Source of the DNA: Barthelona sp. PCE | Taxonomy: Eukaryota | DNA length: 64,000 nt | Direction of reading: 5' to 3' | Assembly: GCA_040285745.1 (NCBI GenBank) | Contig: JAUFOR010000005.1 | Span: forward strand, 310,001-374,000 | Notes under the pieces: generated by a model | The model's input: only the letters and a program-made list of their open reading frames with translations | What the model was told of the DNA's origin: nothing | Databases searched by the model: none | Program-made: the position numbers and the translations under genes | Shown here: positions 19,389 to 30,336 of the stretch, piece by piece | How the letters are laid out: every line of letters starts with the position of its first letter | Numbering within the stretch: position 1 is the stretch's first letter

Positions 19389-21422
19389 TTACTGTATCAT
19401 GTTAATCTCTTCATGACTAGCAAGTCTTAATTTCCTCAACCTTTCAACAATCTGAGACTCTAAACTTGATGTATCATGATAGTACTTGAGTAATCTTCGT
19501 AATTCCCAAGTGCTTGTGACTGGTTTGGGCACTTCCTTGCTTGATTTGTGCGTGATGCCACTCTGGACGCGCCTTGATCTTGCACTTGGCAATGTCAGTG
19601 ATGCAGATGTCACACGTGGAGACTTTGCAGCCTGAATACCGTGTGTGTTAAGCAGTGATGGGAATTTAAGGAAAGCTGGTGCGAATTTTTCCAGTACATC
19701 CTCGACACTAACATTTTCAACTCTGTCAAAAGCTGATGCAATCCTTAGAACTTCATAACTGTCACAACCAACCAAATTTTTGTATTTTCTCAGCTCAGTA
19801 AATAGTTTCATGACCAATTTATCAGCATTAAAGAATTCAAGAGTAAAAGAACCATCATCATTAACAAACGAAAAACAGAAACCATTATTGACCTCCACCT
19901 TATGAATTGTAGAATGTGACAGTGGGAAACGTCCAAGGACCAACAATTCATCCATGAAACAAATTGAGATTCCAGAATCATCACGAACAACAATATGCAT
20001 ACCTAATAAATCGTCGCTCAATGCGTATGTCGGTATTTTAAAAGCTGATTTATCGATTATTGCAAACTTCTGAGCATCTAACAATAGAGAATCGACGTCA
20101 ACCTCGTGATATGAAGAGTAATGGACGCTAGAGAACTGGAACCATCTGCTTAAGTTGTGCACACATCCGTTCACATCGGAAATCACCAAAAGAGTATTGG
20201 AACGACCGCACACAACGCTGACTATGTCTTCATAGTCACATGGGTGACGAAGAGTCGTTTTAAAAATCAGAAAAGCAAGATCATAAACGAATATTAATTG
20301 TTTAGTTAAAATAATGTAAAATCGATCACTTAAAATGGTTTTTTCAATAGAAAATGGAACAACAAACGTCTTAAACTCATGTTTAAAGAAATCAATACTC
20401 AGAACATAAACATGATCGTTGGAGCTCATGACAAATACAGAAGTTGGATGCTCACACTCAAAATCGATAGAGTTCTCAAACAAATCACGGTCTGACGACA
20501 ATGAACACTCGCGTACAACATAGTTTTCACAATCTAAATAGGCATCAAACTTATATTTGGCAACAAACTCCACATCAACCAGAACTTCTTCACTTTCCTC
20601 ACCTTGTGCTTCTTCCTTCTCCAAACTCTCCAAACGATGCAAGAGATCGTCGATGCGGAAGCTTAAGACCTGATCTGTCGTAATTATACAAGCGAAATAT
20701 CCCTCCAATCGAACATCAATCACTTTCTTCACTACTTCTTCTTCATCATTCTCCTGTTGTGGTTCCTCACTCTTATCCTTGTCGCGGGAGGATTTTTTCT
20801 TCTTTGACGACTTCTCCTCTTTCTTTTCTGTCTCTACTTCCTCGTTCTCTAAAAATGTAGAATTTTGTATTTTGCATAATTTCACCAATTTACGATCACA
20901 AAAGTTATAAAACACAATGAACTCTTCACATATCACCGCTATACTTAAATTCTGACTATTACCTCCAATAGAAATTTTTTTTCCTGGTGATGCTAATTGT
21001 TCTCTAAACAAAACTCTTCCTGATTGATCTACACCTACAAACCCTTTGTAATCATCCTCGAAATGACACACAATCATGTTGTCCGGTGATATCTTAAATT
21101 CTGGATCCTTTATATTGATTGTTGCATCACTAAACAATTCATGTAATTGTGTTGCTGCAGAATCATACAGTGCCTGCAAATTTTCCTGCTTCACGCTTCT
21201 TGATATGTGCTGTTCGACCTCGTCCATCACGTCAGCAATAATGTTTCTTGGAAATGGTGCTGTGCGCTCAGATGGAATAAAAAGATCCTCATCTGTTACC
21301 TTTGGTTTCGATCGGTCGACGATTTTAACCGGGGGGTCGGTCTTCTTTCGTGGTAGAACATAGTATCCTGATCTAGTTGAGAAATGAACGGTTGTTTCAA
21401 GCGGATTAATCCCCGTTGGCAT
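19389..21422 (-). CDS. Hypothetical protein, possibly WDR93-like beta-propeller flagellar protein
   Basis: Long ORF, probable ATG 21422; PFPRNIIADVMDEV loosely recalls the WDR93 N-terminus. Confidence 0.5.
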   Translation of the reverse strand: MPTGINPLETTVHFSTRSGYYVLPRKKTDPPVKIVDRSKPKVTDEDLFIPSERTAPFPRNIIADVMDEVEQHISRSVKQENLQALYDSAATQLHELFSDATINIKDPEFKISPDNMIVCHFEDDYKGFVGVDQSGRVLFREQLASPGKKISIGGNSQNLSIAVICEEFIVFYNFCDRKLVKLCKIQNSTFLENEEVETEKKEEKSSKKKKSSRDKDKSEEPQQENDEEEVVKKVIDVRLEGYFACIITTDQVLSFRIDDLLHRLESLEKEEAQGEESEEVLVDVEFVAKYKFDAYLDCENYVVRECSLSSDRDLFENSIDFECEHPTSVFVMSSNDHVYVLSIDFFKHEFKTFVVPFSIEKTILSDRFYIILTKQLIFVYDLAFLIFKTTLRHPCDYEDIVSVVCGRSNTLLVISDVNGCVHNLSRWFQFSSVHYSSYHEVDVDSLLLDAQKFAIIDKSAFKIPTYALSDDLLGMHIVVRDDSGISICFMDELLVLGRFPLSHSTIHKVEVNNGFCFSFVNDDGSFTLEFFNADKLVMKLFTELRKYKNLVGCDSYEVLRIASAFDRVENVSVEDVLEKFAPAFLKFPSLLNTHGIQAAKSPRVTSASLTLPSARSRRVQSGITHKSSKEVPKPVTSTWELRRLLKYYHDTSSLESQIVERLRKLRLASHEEINMIQ

Positions 21423-21544
21423 AATAATACAATATGACTGCCTTGCTGGTGCGAAAAAGATAAATACGACTGACTGAAGCCGTAGAAAGGGTACAAAAGG
21501 ATATAACAGGTCAGCTTTTGAATTTTTGCACCCTTTCACTTTTG

Positions 21545-23833
21545 ATGGCTCAGAAGAATAAGAAACAAAAGCCCAGGCACAAGTCGAAGCGCTCCCGTAA
21601 GCAAGAGAGTGGAGGCCGATTGGACAAACAGTTCAATGTTGGTAGCAAAGCTATCGCTCAGTCTAAGGCGAGCAGAAGGAACAAGACGTCCCAAAAACGA
21701 CACAACAACAAGCAGAAGTTACTGGAAAGTAGGAGGAGTAACGCTCCTCGTGTAACGGGTATTGTTCCACTCAGTGAGAATATTGATACACGTGAAACAC
21801 TCGTGTGGCTCACTCAGGGCAACATGGATTCCATTGAAGAGGGAGAGCTCAATTTCCACGAGCCAATCACATATGAGTCCACACCCATAACATTTGTCGC
21901 TTGTGACACAAGTCTTCAAGATATTTTAGATGTCTCATTGTACTGCGATGTTATATTATTCGCCGTTGATGCGACAGAGGGTCAAGACGCATTTGGTAAA
22001 CAAGTGCAGCAAATGCTGGAGCATACTGGTGTTTCCATCGCCATGATCTGTTTATTAAATATGCACACAATCCCCAAGAAACAGCACGCTCAGATGCGCA
22101 AGGATGCGCTGGGTATCATTGATTCCTCCTTTGCAGGAAAACTACGTGTTTTTACCCAACCTCCCATTGATGAATTCCCTACTCAACTGTCTGATTTTCG
22201 TAGCTTCCACCGATTCGTTACTGAACAGAGAGTCGTCGAGCCCCTCGCGTGGCGTGAGGAAAGAGGGTATCTCGTTGGTCATGAAGTTGAATATGAACCT
22301 GATGAAGAAGACGTTGGCTTTGGTACGTTGCAAGTGAGCGGTTTCGTAAGAGGAGCTCCTATCACAGCCAACAACCCCGTACACCTGATGGGCTACGGAG
22401 ACTACGCAATCAAGTCAATCGAGGTAGTTCCTGCGCCGTTTGGATCGAAAAAGACCAAAGAAGAGAGAGTTTATGAACCAGAAGAGGAGGTAGATATGAC
22501 AGCCTTCTATGACGTCGATCTCCTCAACCAGGAGCAAACGTGGCCCACTGCTGATGAGATCCTCCGCGCTGAGAAGGAACAGAAGGAGATGAAAGCCCGA
22601 TTCATATATGGTGATGAACGTCTTGATAAGAGTGACGACGAGGAAGAAGAAGAGTTCGAGGACGAGGAAACACTGAAGAAGCGCCGTGAGATGATGGAAC
22701 TTGAGGAAGAACTGATGGACGCATACGCTGATTCTGACTTTGAGCCAGAAGAAGATGAGGGTAAAGAAGACTTGAAGGAATGGGAACTCGCTCTCCAGTC
22801 ACAGGTTGACTACGCACAGCGCTCGTTATTGGAGTCAGCTCCGCAAATGGAGAAAAGAAGTCATGAAGATTTGGAGTGGCCCGATGAAGTCGATACACCG
22901 CTCGATGCTCGTCTCAAATTCTGTCAATACAGGGGTCTGGAGTCCTTCCGCCACAGCAGATGGGATCCTTCTGACGATCGTCCAACAGACTACCAAAGAA
23001 TATTTGAATTTGACGATTTCTCACAGGCTCGTCTACACACACTTAAAGCATCCATGTTTAACCCAATTGAGGTCGGGAGCTTTGTCGTTGTTACCATTGA
23101 AAAGGTACCAGCAATCGAGACATGGCCGATTATGTTCTTTTTGAACCCACATGAGCATAGATGGAGTGTAATTCATGTTAACATGAAACTACACGATGAG
23201 GTTGTTGACTCAATTGAGCTAGGCTCTTCTTTCTCTCTACAGATGGGTTTCAGAAGGTTTAACATCAAACCGGTTATTTCAGAGACTGTGCGCAACTGTA
23301 GAAAGCGTAAACTTGCACGATTCATGCACCCTGGTAAGGACTACCAGTTCACTTTCTACGCCCCAATCAGCTTTTCACAGGTTCCAGTCATGACGTTTGA
23401 TGAAGAAGGAATTCAAGCCTTTGGTACCTTCCATGACGTTAACCCAGATGCTCTCGTCATTGAACGTGTTATCTTTACTGGTTACCCATATCGCATGAAG
23501 AAGAGAACCATTGGAATCAGAATGATGTTTTGGAAAGCCGAAGATATTAAATTCTTCAAAAGTGTTAATCTATGGACAAAGGATGGTGCACAAGGTCGTA
23601 TTAGTTCCAGTATCGGTCTTTATGGTCGTTTCAAAGCTATGTTTGATCGTCCTGTCAACGCTAACGATACAATTTGCATGTCCATTTACAAGAGAAGTTT
23701 CCCAAAGTGGGAGGATACAGAACAGGTTCTTATTAAGGAACCTCGTGTTGTTATCGGCAATCATGATGAACGGGAGCGTATTGTTGTTGAAGATCGTTAT
23801 GAGGAGTATGACATGATGATGGATATGGAATAA
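21545..23833 (+). CDS. TSR1: Pre-rRNA-processing protein TSR1
   Basis: WREERGYL, EQTWPT, WPDEVDTP..AR.KF..YRGLESFR.S.WDP, FTGYPY, MFWKAEDIKFFK, G.YGRFKAMFD. Confidence 0.95.
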   Translation: MAQKNKKQKPRHKSKRSRKQESGGRLDKQFNVGSKAIAQSKASRRNKTSQKRHNNKQKLLESRRSNAPRVTGIVPLSENIDTRETLVWLTQGNMDSIEEGELNFHEPITYESTPITFVACDTSLQDILDVSLYCDVILFAVDATEGQDAFGKQVQQMLEHTGVSIAMICLLNMHTIPKKQHAQMRKDALGIIDSSFAGKLRVFTQPPIDEFPTQLSDFRSFHRFVTEQRVVEPLAWREERGYLVGHEVEYEPDEEDVGFGTLQVSGFVRGAPITANNPVHLMGYGDYAIKSIEVVPAPFGSKKTKEERVYEPEEEVDMTAFYDVDLLNQEQTWPTADEILRAEKEQKEMKARFIYGDERLDKSDDEEEEEFEDEETLKKRREMMELEEELMDAYADSDFEPEEDEGKEDLKEWELALQSQVDYAQRSLLESAPQMEKRSHEDLEWPDEVDTPLDARLKFCQYRGLESFRHSRWDPSDDRPTDYQRIFEFDDFSQARLHTLKASMFNPIEVGSFVVVTIEKVPAIETWPIMFFLNPHEHRWSVIHVNMKLHDEVVDSIELGSSFSLQMGFRRFNIKPVISETVRNCRKRKLARFMHPGKDYQFTFYAPISFSQVPVMTFDEEGIQAFGTFHDVNPDALVIERVIFTGYPYRMKKRTIGIRMMFWKAEDIKFFKSVNLWTKDGAQGRISSSIGLYGRFKAMFDRPVNANDTICMSIYKRSFPKWEDTEQVLIKEPRVVIGNHDERERIVVEDRYEEYDMMMDME

Positions 23834-23893
23834 ATCACAAAGATGAACAGGCATTTTTACCCCCTTACAATAAGTTTGTATTCAGCAGAAAGG

Positions 23894-24169
23894 ATGTCAG
23901 ATACAGAGAAGCCGCTGAGTGAGATAGTTGATGAAACCGTTGAACAGATACAAGAAAATGTAGATGTTGAATCTCATCAAGAAGACGATGAATCTACTGA
24001 AGACATCGAGAATAAGGAGCGCAAACCTCTACCCAGGAATTGGAAGGAGTTACCATCGGGAATGAAGAAGCTAATGTACGTTTTTTTTGTTTTTGTGATT
24101 TTATTTTTTATCGCAATGTGGGGCGCTTTTAAATTGCTTCGCATGAAAGCTAATGGTGAGATTTCATAG
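23894..24169 (+). CDS. Small acidic protein with a single C-terminal TM helix
   Basis: Acidic N-terminus, hydrophobic LMYVFFVFVILFFIAMWGAF; alternative ATG at 23843. Confidence 0.6.
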   Translation: MSDTEKPLSEIVDETVEQIQENVDVESHQEDDESTEDIENKERKPLPRNWKELPSGMKKLMYVFFVFVILFFIAMWGAFKLLRMKANGEIS

Positions 24170-24221
24170 TCCATCACTTAAGACATGGAAGAAAAAGAAT
24201 AAACAGTGCAAAATTAATTTT

Positions 24222-26168
24222 TTACTGAATCAGAGCTAAAGCACGGGCCTTGACGTTCTCAACTGTGAAGCCAAACTTCTCAAAGACTAACTTGGCGGGA
24301 GCAGAGGCACCATAGCTCTCCATACAGACAACATCTTGGGCGTATCTCCACCATCCCTGACCGACACCAGCCTCAACAGCGAGCACGGGGAGTTCACCGA
24401 TGACGCTCTTGATGTACTCGGCATCCTGGTCCTGGAAGAGATCAAGGCAAGGAATAGAAACAACTCGAGCATCGATTTCAGCAGCCACCTTAACGGCCAG
24501 CTCAACCTCTGAACCAGTTGCAAGGATTGTGACCTTGGCATCTTCACCTTCCTGAAGAACATAACCACCGCGCATGGCCTTTTCATATGAAGAACCATCC
24601 AATTGAGGTAAGTTTTGACGTGATCCTGCAATGACGCAAGGAGTGGCCTTTTCAGCAGTCATGGCCTTGAGAGCGTGTGCGTACATGGCAGCAGTTTCAC
24701 GACCGTCGGCAGGACGACAGAAATGAAGGTTGGGAAGAGAACGGAGTTGTGCGAACGTTTCGACAGGCTGATGGGTGGGACCGTCTTCACCGACTCCAAT
24801 TGAATCGTGAGTCATGATGTACAGAGCTGGATAATGTGAAAGAGCGGCAACACGTATGGCACCGAGAGCATATCCAGCAAAGACAAGGAAAGTGGCACCG
24901 AAAGGAAGGAAACCACCGTAAACACCCATTGCATTAACGATGGCAATCATGGCGTGCTCACGAACACCGAAACGGATCTCGCGCCCAGAAGGGTTGTTCT
25001 GCTGGAAAACACCAGCGTTAAGCTCAGTCTTGTTAGACTTTGTCAAGTCGGCAGAACCACCAACAAGACCAGGGAGCAATGGAGCCAACAACTTAAGCAT
25101 CATCTGGCTTGTGTTACGGGTTGCAATGGGCTTCTCCCCCCAGTCCATAGTTGCCAATTTCTCAAAGATGGACTCTTCAATCTGACCAGACATACGCTGT
25201 TCTAATTCAACAGCGAGTTCAGGGTATCTGTTCTTGTAGCTCAACCAGCGGGTCTCCCACTCGATGTAGGCTTGGTGCCCACGTTCTTGAGCAGCTTGAT
25301 AGCAATCGCGTGTTTCGGCGGCAACATGAAGAGTTTCAACTGGGAAGCCCCATTCAGCCTTGAGGCGATCGAGGTCGTCCTTGATGGGGGATCCGTGGAC
25401 ACCGGGTGTGTCCTGCTTCTCAGCACCAAAACCAATCGTTGTCTTAACAGCAATCAAGACAGGCTTACCGCTAACATATTGGGCCTTGCGGATAGCTTCT
25501 TCGATACCATCATGGTCGTGATCACCATCAGCAACAACAAGCACTTCCCAACCGTAGGCGGCGAAACGCTGCTGAACAAATTCTGTAAAGGAAACGTTAG
25601 TGTGACCGTCGATTGTGATGTGATTATCGTCCCAAAGAGCAACAAGGTTGTCAAGACCGAGATGACCAGCAAGTGAGCATGCTTCCGAGGCAACACCCTC
25701 CTGCATACAGCCATCACCGAGCATACAATAAACCTTGTGATCAAAGAGCTTGGTGTCATCCTTGTTGTAACGTGCAGCCATCATCTTCTGAGCAATTGCA
25801 AAACCAACGGCGTTGGAAATACCCTGACCAAGAGGTCCTGTTGTGACTTCTACACCAGGACAATGGTTCCACTCGGGGTGTCCAGCAGTGAGGGATCCCA
25901 TCTGACGGAATTGGAGCAGATCCTCACGGGTGATATAGCCCATAAGATAGAGCTGGGTGTATAGCAGAGCGGATCCATGACCGTTTGACAAAACGAAACG
26001 ATCGCGGTTCCACCACTTCTGATTGAGACGATCAATGTTCATGATCTTGCTAAAAAGTGCGTGGGTGATACCTGCAGCGCCTAAACAAACACCAGGGTGT
26101 CCAGAATTGGCAAGATTGGGTAATTCAGCAGACAAAAGTCTGACGTTGTTTACGATATCAATACTCAT
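24222..26168 (-). CDS. TKT: Transketolase
   Basis: SGHPG, DRFVLSNGHGS, TTGPLGQG, GDGCMQEG, FGVREHAM, THDSIGVGEDGPTHQP. Confidence 0.98.
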   Translation of the reverse strand: MSIDIVNNVRLLSAELPNLANSGHPGVCLGAAGITHALFSKIMNIDRLNQKWWNRDRFVLSNGHGSALLYTQLYLMGYITREDLLQFRQMGSLTAGHPEWNHCPGVEVTTGPLGQGISNAVGFAIAQKMMAARYNKDDTKLFDHKVYCMLGDGCMQEGVASEACSLAGHLGLDNLVALWDDNHITIDGHTNVSFTEFVQQRFAAYGWEVLVVADGDHDHDGIEEAIRKAQYVSGKPVLIAVKTTIGFGAEKQDTPGVHGSPIKDDLDRLKAEWGFPVETLHVAAETRDCYQAAQERGHQAYIEWETRWLSYKNRYPELAVELEQRMSGQIEESIFEKLATMDWGEKPIATRNTSQMMLKLLAPLLPGLVGGSADLTKSNKTELNAGVFQQNNPSGREIRFGVREHAMIAIVNAMGVYGGFLPFGATFLVFAGYALGAIRVAALSHYPALYIMTHDSIGVGEDGPTHQPVETFAQLRSLPNLHFCRPADGRETAAMYAHALKAMTAEKATPCVIAGSRQNLPQLDGSSYEKAMRGGYVLQEGEDAKVTILATGSEVELAVKVAAEIDARVVSIPCLDLFQDQDAEYIKSVIGELPVLAVEAGVGQGWWRYAQDVVCMESYGASAPAKLVFEKFGFTVENVKARALALIQ

Positions 26169-26461
26169 GTTGATTAAATGTTTAACAGTACTATGCGAAA
26201 GAAAAAGGAATAAAACCTCAAAACATGGTCAATCATTAAAAAAACTTGCTCCTGTTAATTTTCAACAAAAAGACTTGCTCTGTGTGGTGCATTCCCAATC
26301 AATAATATGGAATTCAATATAAAAAAAGGAAATATCCATCATACAATCAACAATTTTTTATTTACTCACAAAACACAACGTTGTATTAGAAAATGTTAGC
26401 TGATGTGGTTTTCACCACGCGTTTCGAGATCACAAAAGCTGGCAAAAAGCCTTATAACTCC

Positions 26462-26704
26462 TTAATCACTCTTCTCTTTCTGAGCCTTGGCCTTCTTACG
26501 CTTAGCGTTCCATACATAGAAAAATACAAAGGCAACGCCCAAAATCGCAAGAGGCACAGGTGCCCAGGCAAAACACTTACAAGGAAAGTACTTGTGCAAA
26601 CATTCAGGAATAAAATCGGGAAGTAACCAAGCAGTATAATAAACTGCAACGACTATGGCGAACAGCATCAACACTGCTCCGATTGATTTGGTTACAATGC
26701 TCAT
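26462..26704 (-). CDS. DPM2: Dolichol-phosphate-mannose synthase regulatory subunit
   Basis: 80 aa, two TM helices, YYTAW..PDF and LHKYFP motifs, basic C-terminal tail. Confidence 0.8.
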   Translation of the reverse strand: MSIVTKSIGAVLMLFAIVVAVYYTAWLLPDFIPECLHKYFPCKCFAWAPVPLAILGVAFVFFYVWNAKRKKAKAQKEKSD

Positions 26705-26868
26705 AATGATGTTGAAAAGAGTCAGAAATATACAACAAGCTTTTCTATTCTATCTGTAAACGATTCCTACATCTACAAATATTGTGTACACGTTACTGTC
26801 AACTTTAAGATCATACGCTATACAAAACAAGTTATTTTGGGATGTTTTGTTTTTTTCTACCCAGTCCA

Positions 26869-27681
26869 ATGTACCCCAGAAAAGCAGCTCAAAAAGACAA
26901 CGTCGGGGAGATCCTCAACCCTAAACGCCCAACGAGTGGTCGCAATTTTAATAGAGAATACAGAAAAAGCCTTAAGAACCTCGCTACCCAAAAGAAACAG
27001 GAACAAGAGCAAACTACACGTAGGTCAACCGCACCTTTGAGCAAGTTAAAGCAGTTTACAGCTGTTGAATCTCGTGTTAAACAGCAACTCACTGCGCGCT
27101 CCACTGCGTCAGAAGAAGGTAATACTAATTTCCTCACAAAGGGATGTGCAGAACGTCGTCGCGAGGAGCAGACACGTGCAAACCGCGAAAAAGCAAAGTC
27201 AGTTCGTGAAGAACGCCTTAACGCTACTAAACCAGCTTTACCTGTTAATGAACCATTGAAGCAGGAGAAGAAGGAGGAGGTTAACTATGTTGAACGTAAT
27301 CGTTTACTTGTCAGCACATATAAGCAATCAACAACAAATGATCAGAACGAAGAATATCACAATCCAGGTGAATTACCTGAATTTTATTCCACCCGCAAGC
27401 AGGAAAGGGAGCAGGAAAGGGAGCAGATGTTGTTGAATAGCCAAAGAGAAGAATTACCACCTGGTATTCGTAGGATGACAGAAGCTGAACGCCAAGATAC
27501 ACTATCCTCTCTCAATGGCCGCATCCAGGAGCTCGAGGATGCCCTCAAAACGTTTCCTTTGGGTGAATTAAGCATGCGCAACCAGAAGAAGAAGACTGAA
27601 ATAGAACACTCATTAACTGAGTTAAATGAAGCTTTAACAATATTTGAGGCACCAATTGTATATGTAAACATGGACGAATAG
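26869..27681 (+). CDS. ENKD1: Enkurin-domain-containing protein
   Basis: PGELPEFY, LPPGIRRMTEAERQDTL, EIE..L.EL.EAL.IF...VYV enkurin domain. Confidence 0.8.
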   Translation: MYPRKAAQKDNVGEILNPKRPTSGRNFNREYRKSLKNLATQKKQEQEQTTRRSTAPLSKLKQFTAVESRVKQQLTARSTASEEGNTNFLTKGCAERRREEQTRANREKAKSVREERLNATKPALPVNEPLKQEKKEEVNYVERNRLLVSTYKQSTTNDQNEEYHNPGELPEFYSTRKQEREQEREQMLLNSQREELPPGIRRMTEAERQDTLSSLNGRIQELEDALKTFPLGELSMRNQKKKTEIEHSLTELNEALTIFEAPIVYVNMDE

Positions 27682-27682
27682 C

Positions 27683-28045
27683 TTAAGTTAACTTTGCTGC
27701 TGCTTTTCGAAGGGCCAAAAATTCTTCAACCTCGACACCGCTTAGTTCCTGTATGAACTGATATACACGTGCGTTGGCATAGTATAACTGTGATTTTGGA
27801 TCCTTGTACCTGCCCTTATCGCCTGTAATATCACATAAAAACTGTTTAGGTTTGGTTGATGCTTTAGCAGCAGTTTTTGAATACGAAACAGTTATTTCTG
27901 GGTGTTTCTTTAGCTTCTTGTTCATTGCCTGAATATATGATTTACGAGCTTTGTTTCGAAAACGAGAATTACGCTTCTTCCTTTCCCAATTATCAGCTTT
28001 AAAGGTTTTGCACTTCTTTAGCTCTTCCTTCGTACATGAAACCAT
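27683..28045 (-). CDS. IES6: INO80 complex subunit C / Ies6 (YL1_C domain)
   Basis: KP..FLCDITG...YKDPKSQLYYAN...FLALRKA. Confidence 0.85.
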   Translation of the reverse strand: MVSCTKEELKKCKTFKADNWERKKRNSRFRNKARKSYIQAMNKKLKKHPEITVSYSKTAAKASTKPKQFLCDITGDKGRYKDPKSQLYYANARVYQFIQELSGVEVEEFLALRKAAAKLT

Positions 28046-28087
28046 GCCCTTTCAAACAAAATTATCCGAAAATGGTTAAAAAAATAT

Positions 28088-28714
28088 TTACACTAGACAT
28101 CCAATACGATTACGAAACAGAAGCATAAAAACAATAGTTCCAACCCGATTGAAGTGGTACTCGAATATGAGTGTTGAAATTTTCTTCAACATTGGTTTAT
28201 CCTTCTCAAAAAACAATACAGGTAATCGTATCAACAGCCAATATATACTATGATGCAATTGGGGAACTTTCTCGAACACAGTGAACGTTTGAAGACATGA
28301 GCAAGCTGGATATTGTAACAAAACACACATAAAAAATGCTGGAATTATTGCCATAATAAATGCAAAAAATCCCCATAATAAACTCATACTACGTTCTTTT
28401 TTCTTTCCAAATAGCCGCATCGGGTCCAGTCTGTCCAAAATACCACTGCTCAATATCGTATCTAAATCAATACGCCCTGTACTCATAATTTTCATTAGTG
28501 CATGAAACAAATTACCATCCATCTCGGGAAAAGGATCTTGTGTGAGTGAATTGTTGTTCACATTCGGGTTCCTATTAACCAAGTCTGTGTTTTCAGCATT
28601 TTGATCAACACTATCTTGTGTTTCCTCAATTGCTCGCAATTCCTTCAATCGAAGCTCCCGCTTTTGCTGCCTTTTAAGCAGCCTTTCCCTACGTTCATCA
28701 GCTGAAAGTGGCAT
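28088..28714 (-). CDS. Membrane protein, candidate Get2/CAML
   Basis: N-terminal SADERRERLLKRQQKR basic helix, disordered linker, C-terminal hydrophobic segments. Confidence 0.45.
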   Translation of the reverse strand: MPLSADERRERLLKRQQKRELRLKELRAIEETQDSVDQNAENTDLVNRNPNVNNNSLTQDPFPEMDGNLFHALMKIMSTGRIDLDTILSSGILDRLDPMRLFGKKKERSMSLLWGFFAFIMAIIPAFFMCVLLQYPACSCLQTFTVFEKVPQLHHSIYWLLIRLPVLFFEKDKPMLKKISTLIFEYHFNRVGTIVFMLLFRNRIGCLV

Positions 28715-28765
28715 TAAACGTTGTAACGATTGTTTCACTCTTTTCTTCCATTTCAAACATTTGAT

Positions 28766-30271
28766 ATGCTTAGAGCTGCTACTTCCACGACCACAACCGG
28801 GCTTTTGGTATGCATTTTGGGCTCAATCCACAACACAACTCACTCCTAGTCGTCAATCGCTCATAGTTTTCATGACGGTACAAAAACATTGCCGTACGTG
28901 ACGCACAGTCCTGAGGAGCGCCAGGAAATGTGCGACTATTTAAAAATTAAGAACACTGACGAGCTGTTTTCACAAGTTCCTTCCCAATTTATTCTTCCCG
29001 AGGGTTCGTTGACCATTGGTGCCCCCAAGAGCGAGATGGAGGTTCTCAGAGAGCTTTCGAATATGTCTAAGAAGAATCTCAGCGCTGAAGACGCTCCATT
29101 CTTTGTTGGTGGCGGACTTTATCGTCATCATATCCCCACAATGGTTGACCATATGTGCCAGCGTTCCGAGTTCCTTACCGCTTATACCCCTTACCAACCT
29201 GAAGTTTCACAAGGTACGTTACAGGGAATTTTTGAGTTCCAAAATTACGTTACCAAGATCACAGGTATGGAGGTTGCCAATGCCTCCATGTACGATGGTT
29301 CCACTGCCACAGCTGAAGCTGTCAACATGGCTGTTCGTGTCACAAAACGCAAGAAAGTTATTATGGACGGATCTATTCACCCTCATTATTCTGAGGTCGT
29401 TGACACATACGTTGATCACTCTGATCGCGCTGAGCTTGATTGCATCGATCCCAGAACTCATTTTGATATGGATAGCATCATCTCTCGTATCGACGATAAG
29501 ACCGCTGCTGTTGTTGTTCAGAATCCAACATTCTTCGGTGAAGTCGTTGACCTGACCCCCCTCGCAAAGGCATGCCATGATAAAAAGGCCTTGCTAGTGG
29601 TTGTTGTTACTGAGCCCCTTTCTCTTGGCGCTGTTAAATCTCCTGGTGAAATGGGGGCAGACATTGTTGTTGGCGACGGCGGATCACTCTCCGGTAACAT
29701 GTCCTTTGGTGGCCCCACCCTTGGCTTCTTTGCCACCCGCAACAAACAGAAGATGGTACGCGGTATGCCCGGTCGTTTAGTTGGTGAGACCGTTGATGCT
29801 GATGGCGAAAAATGTTATGTTCTCACTTTATGCGCTAGAGAACAGCACATCAGAAGACACGGTGCAACCTCTAACATTTGTACAGCTGCTGGCATTCAGG
29901 CAATGGCCTTTGGCATGCACCTCACTTGTTTAGGTGAAACCGGTTTCAAAACACTCGCTCAAGCTAACCACGCCAAGGCAATGCTTCTGCAGAAGACAGT
30001 TGATGCCTCGCTCGGCCGCGGTTCTGTGATTAACAAGACTTTCTTCAACGAGTTCACTGTTCGTTTACCTGAAGGTTATTCCGCAAAGATGTTTGTCAAC
30101 AACCTCGTTCAGCTTGGTTTCTTGGCTGGCATTCCTGTGTCTCGTTTGCTTCCTAATTCTGATGGTAGTGATCGTCTCTTACTCTTGGCTGCTACAGAAA
30201 CTAATACAGAAGAAGAAATTCGTGCTCTTGGCAATGCCATGCGTCTTGCTTTACCCTATTCCCGTTTTTAA
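28766..30271 (+). CDS. gcvPA: Glycine cleavage system P protein subunit 1 with N-terminal presequence; exons 28766-28807 and 28850-30271
   Basis: EFLTAYTPYQPEVSQGTLQ, NASMYDGSTA, MPGRLVG, REQHIRR..ATSNICT; ends at ~490 aa, so alpha subunit only. Spliced N-terminus MLRAATSTTTTGLLSSIAHSFHDG. Confidence 0.93.
28808..28849 (+). other. Spliceosomal intron (42 nt)
   Basis: GTATGC...ACTCACTCCTAG; the terminal TAG is an in-frame stop if unspliced, and the downstream ORF starts at TTG. Confidence 0.85.
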
Positions 30272-30336
30272 TGCGCATTTGCACATTCCCCCATCAATAA
30301 AACTAATGTTTACTTTAATTTTCTCAAAAAAAATTG

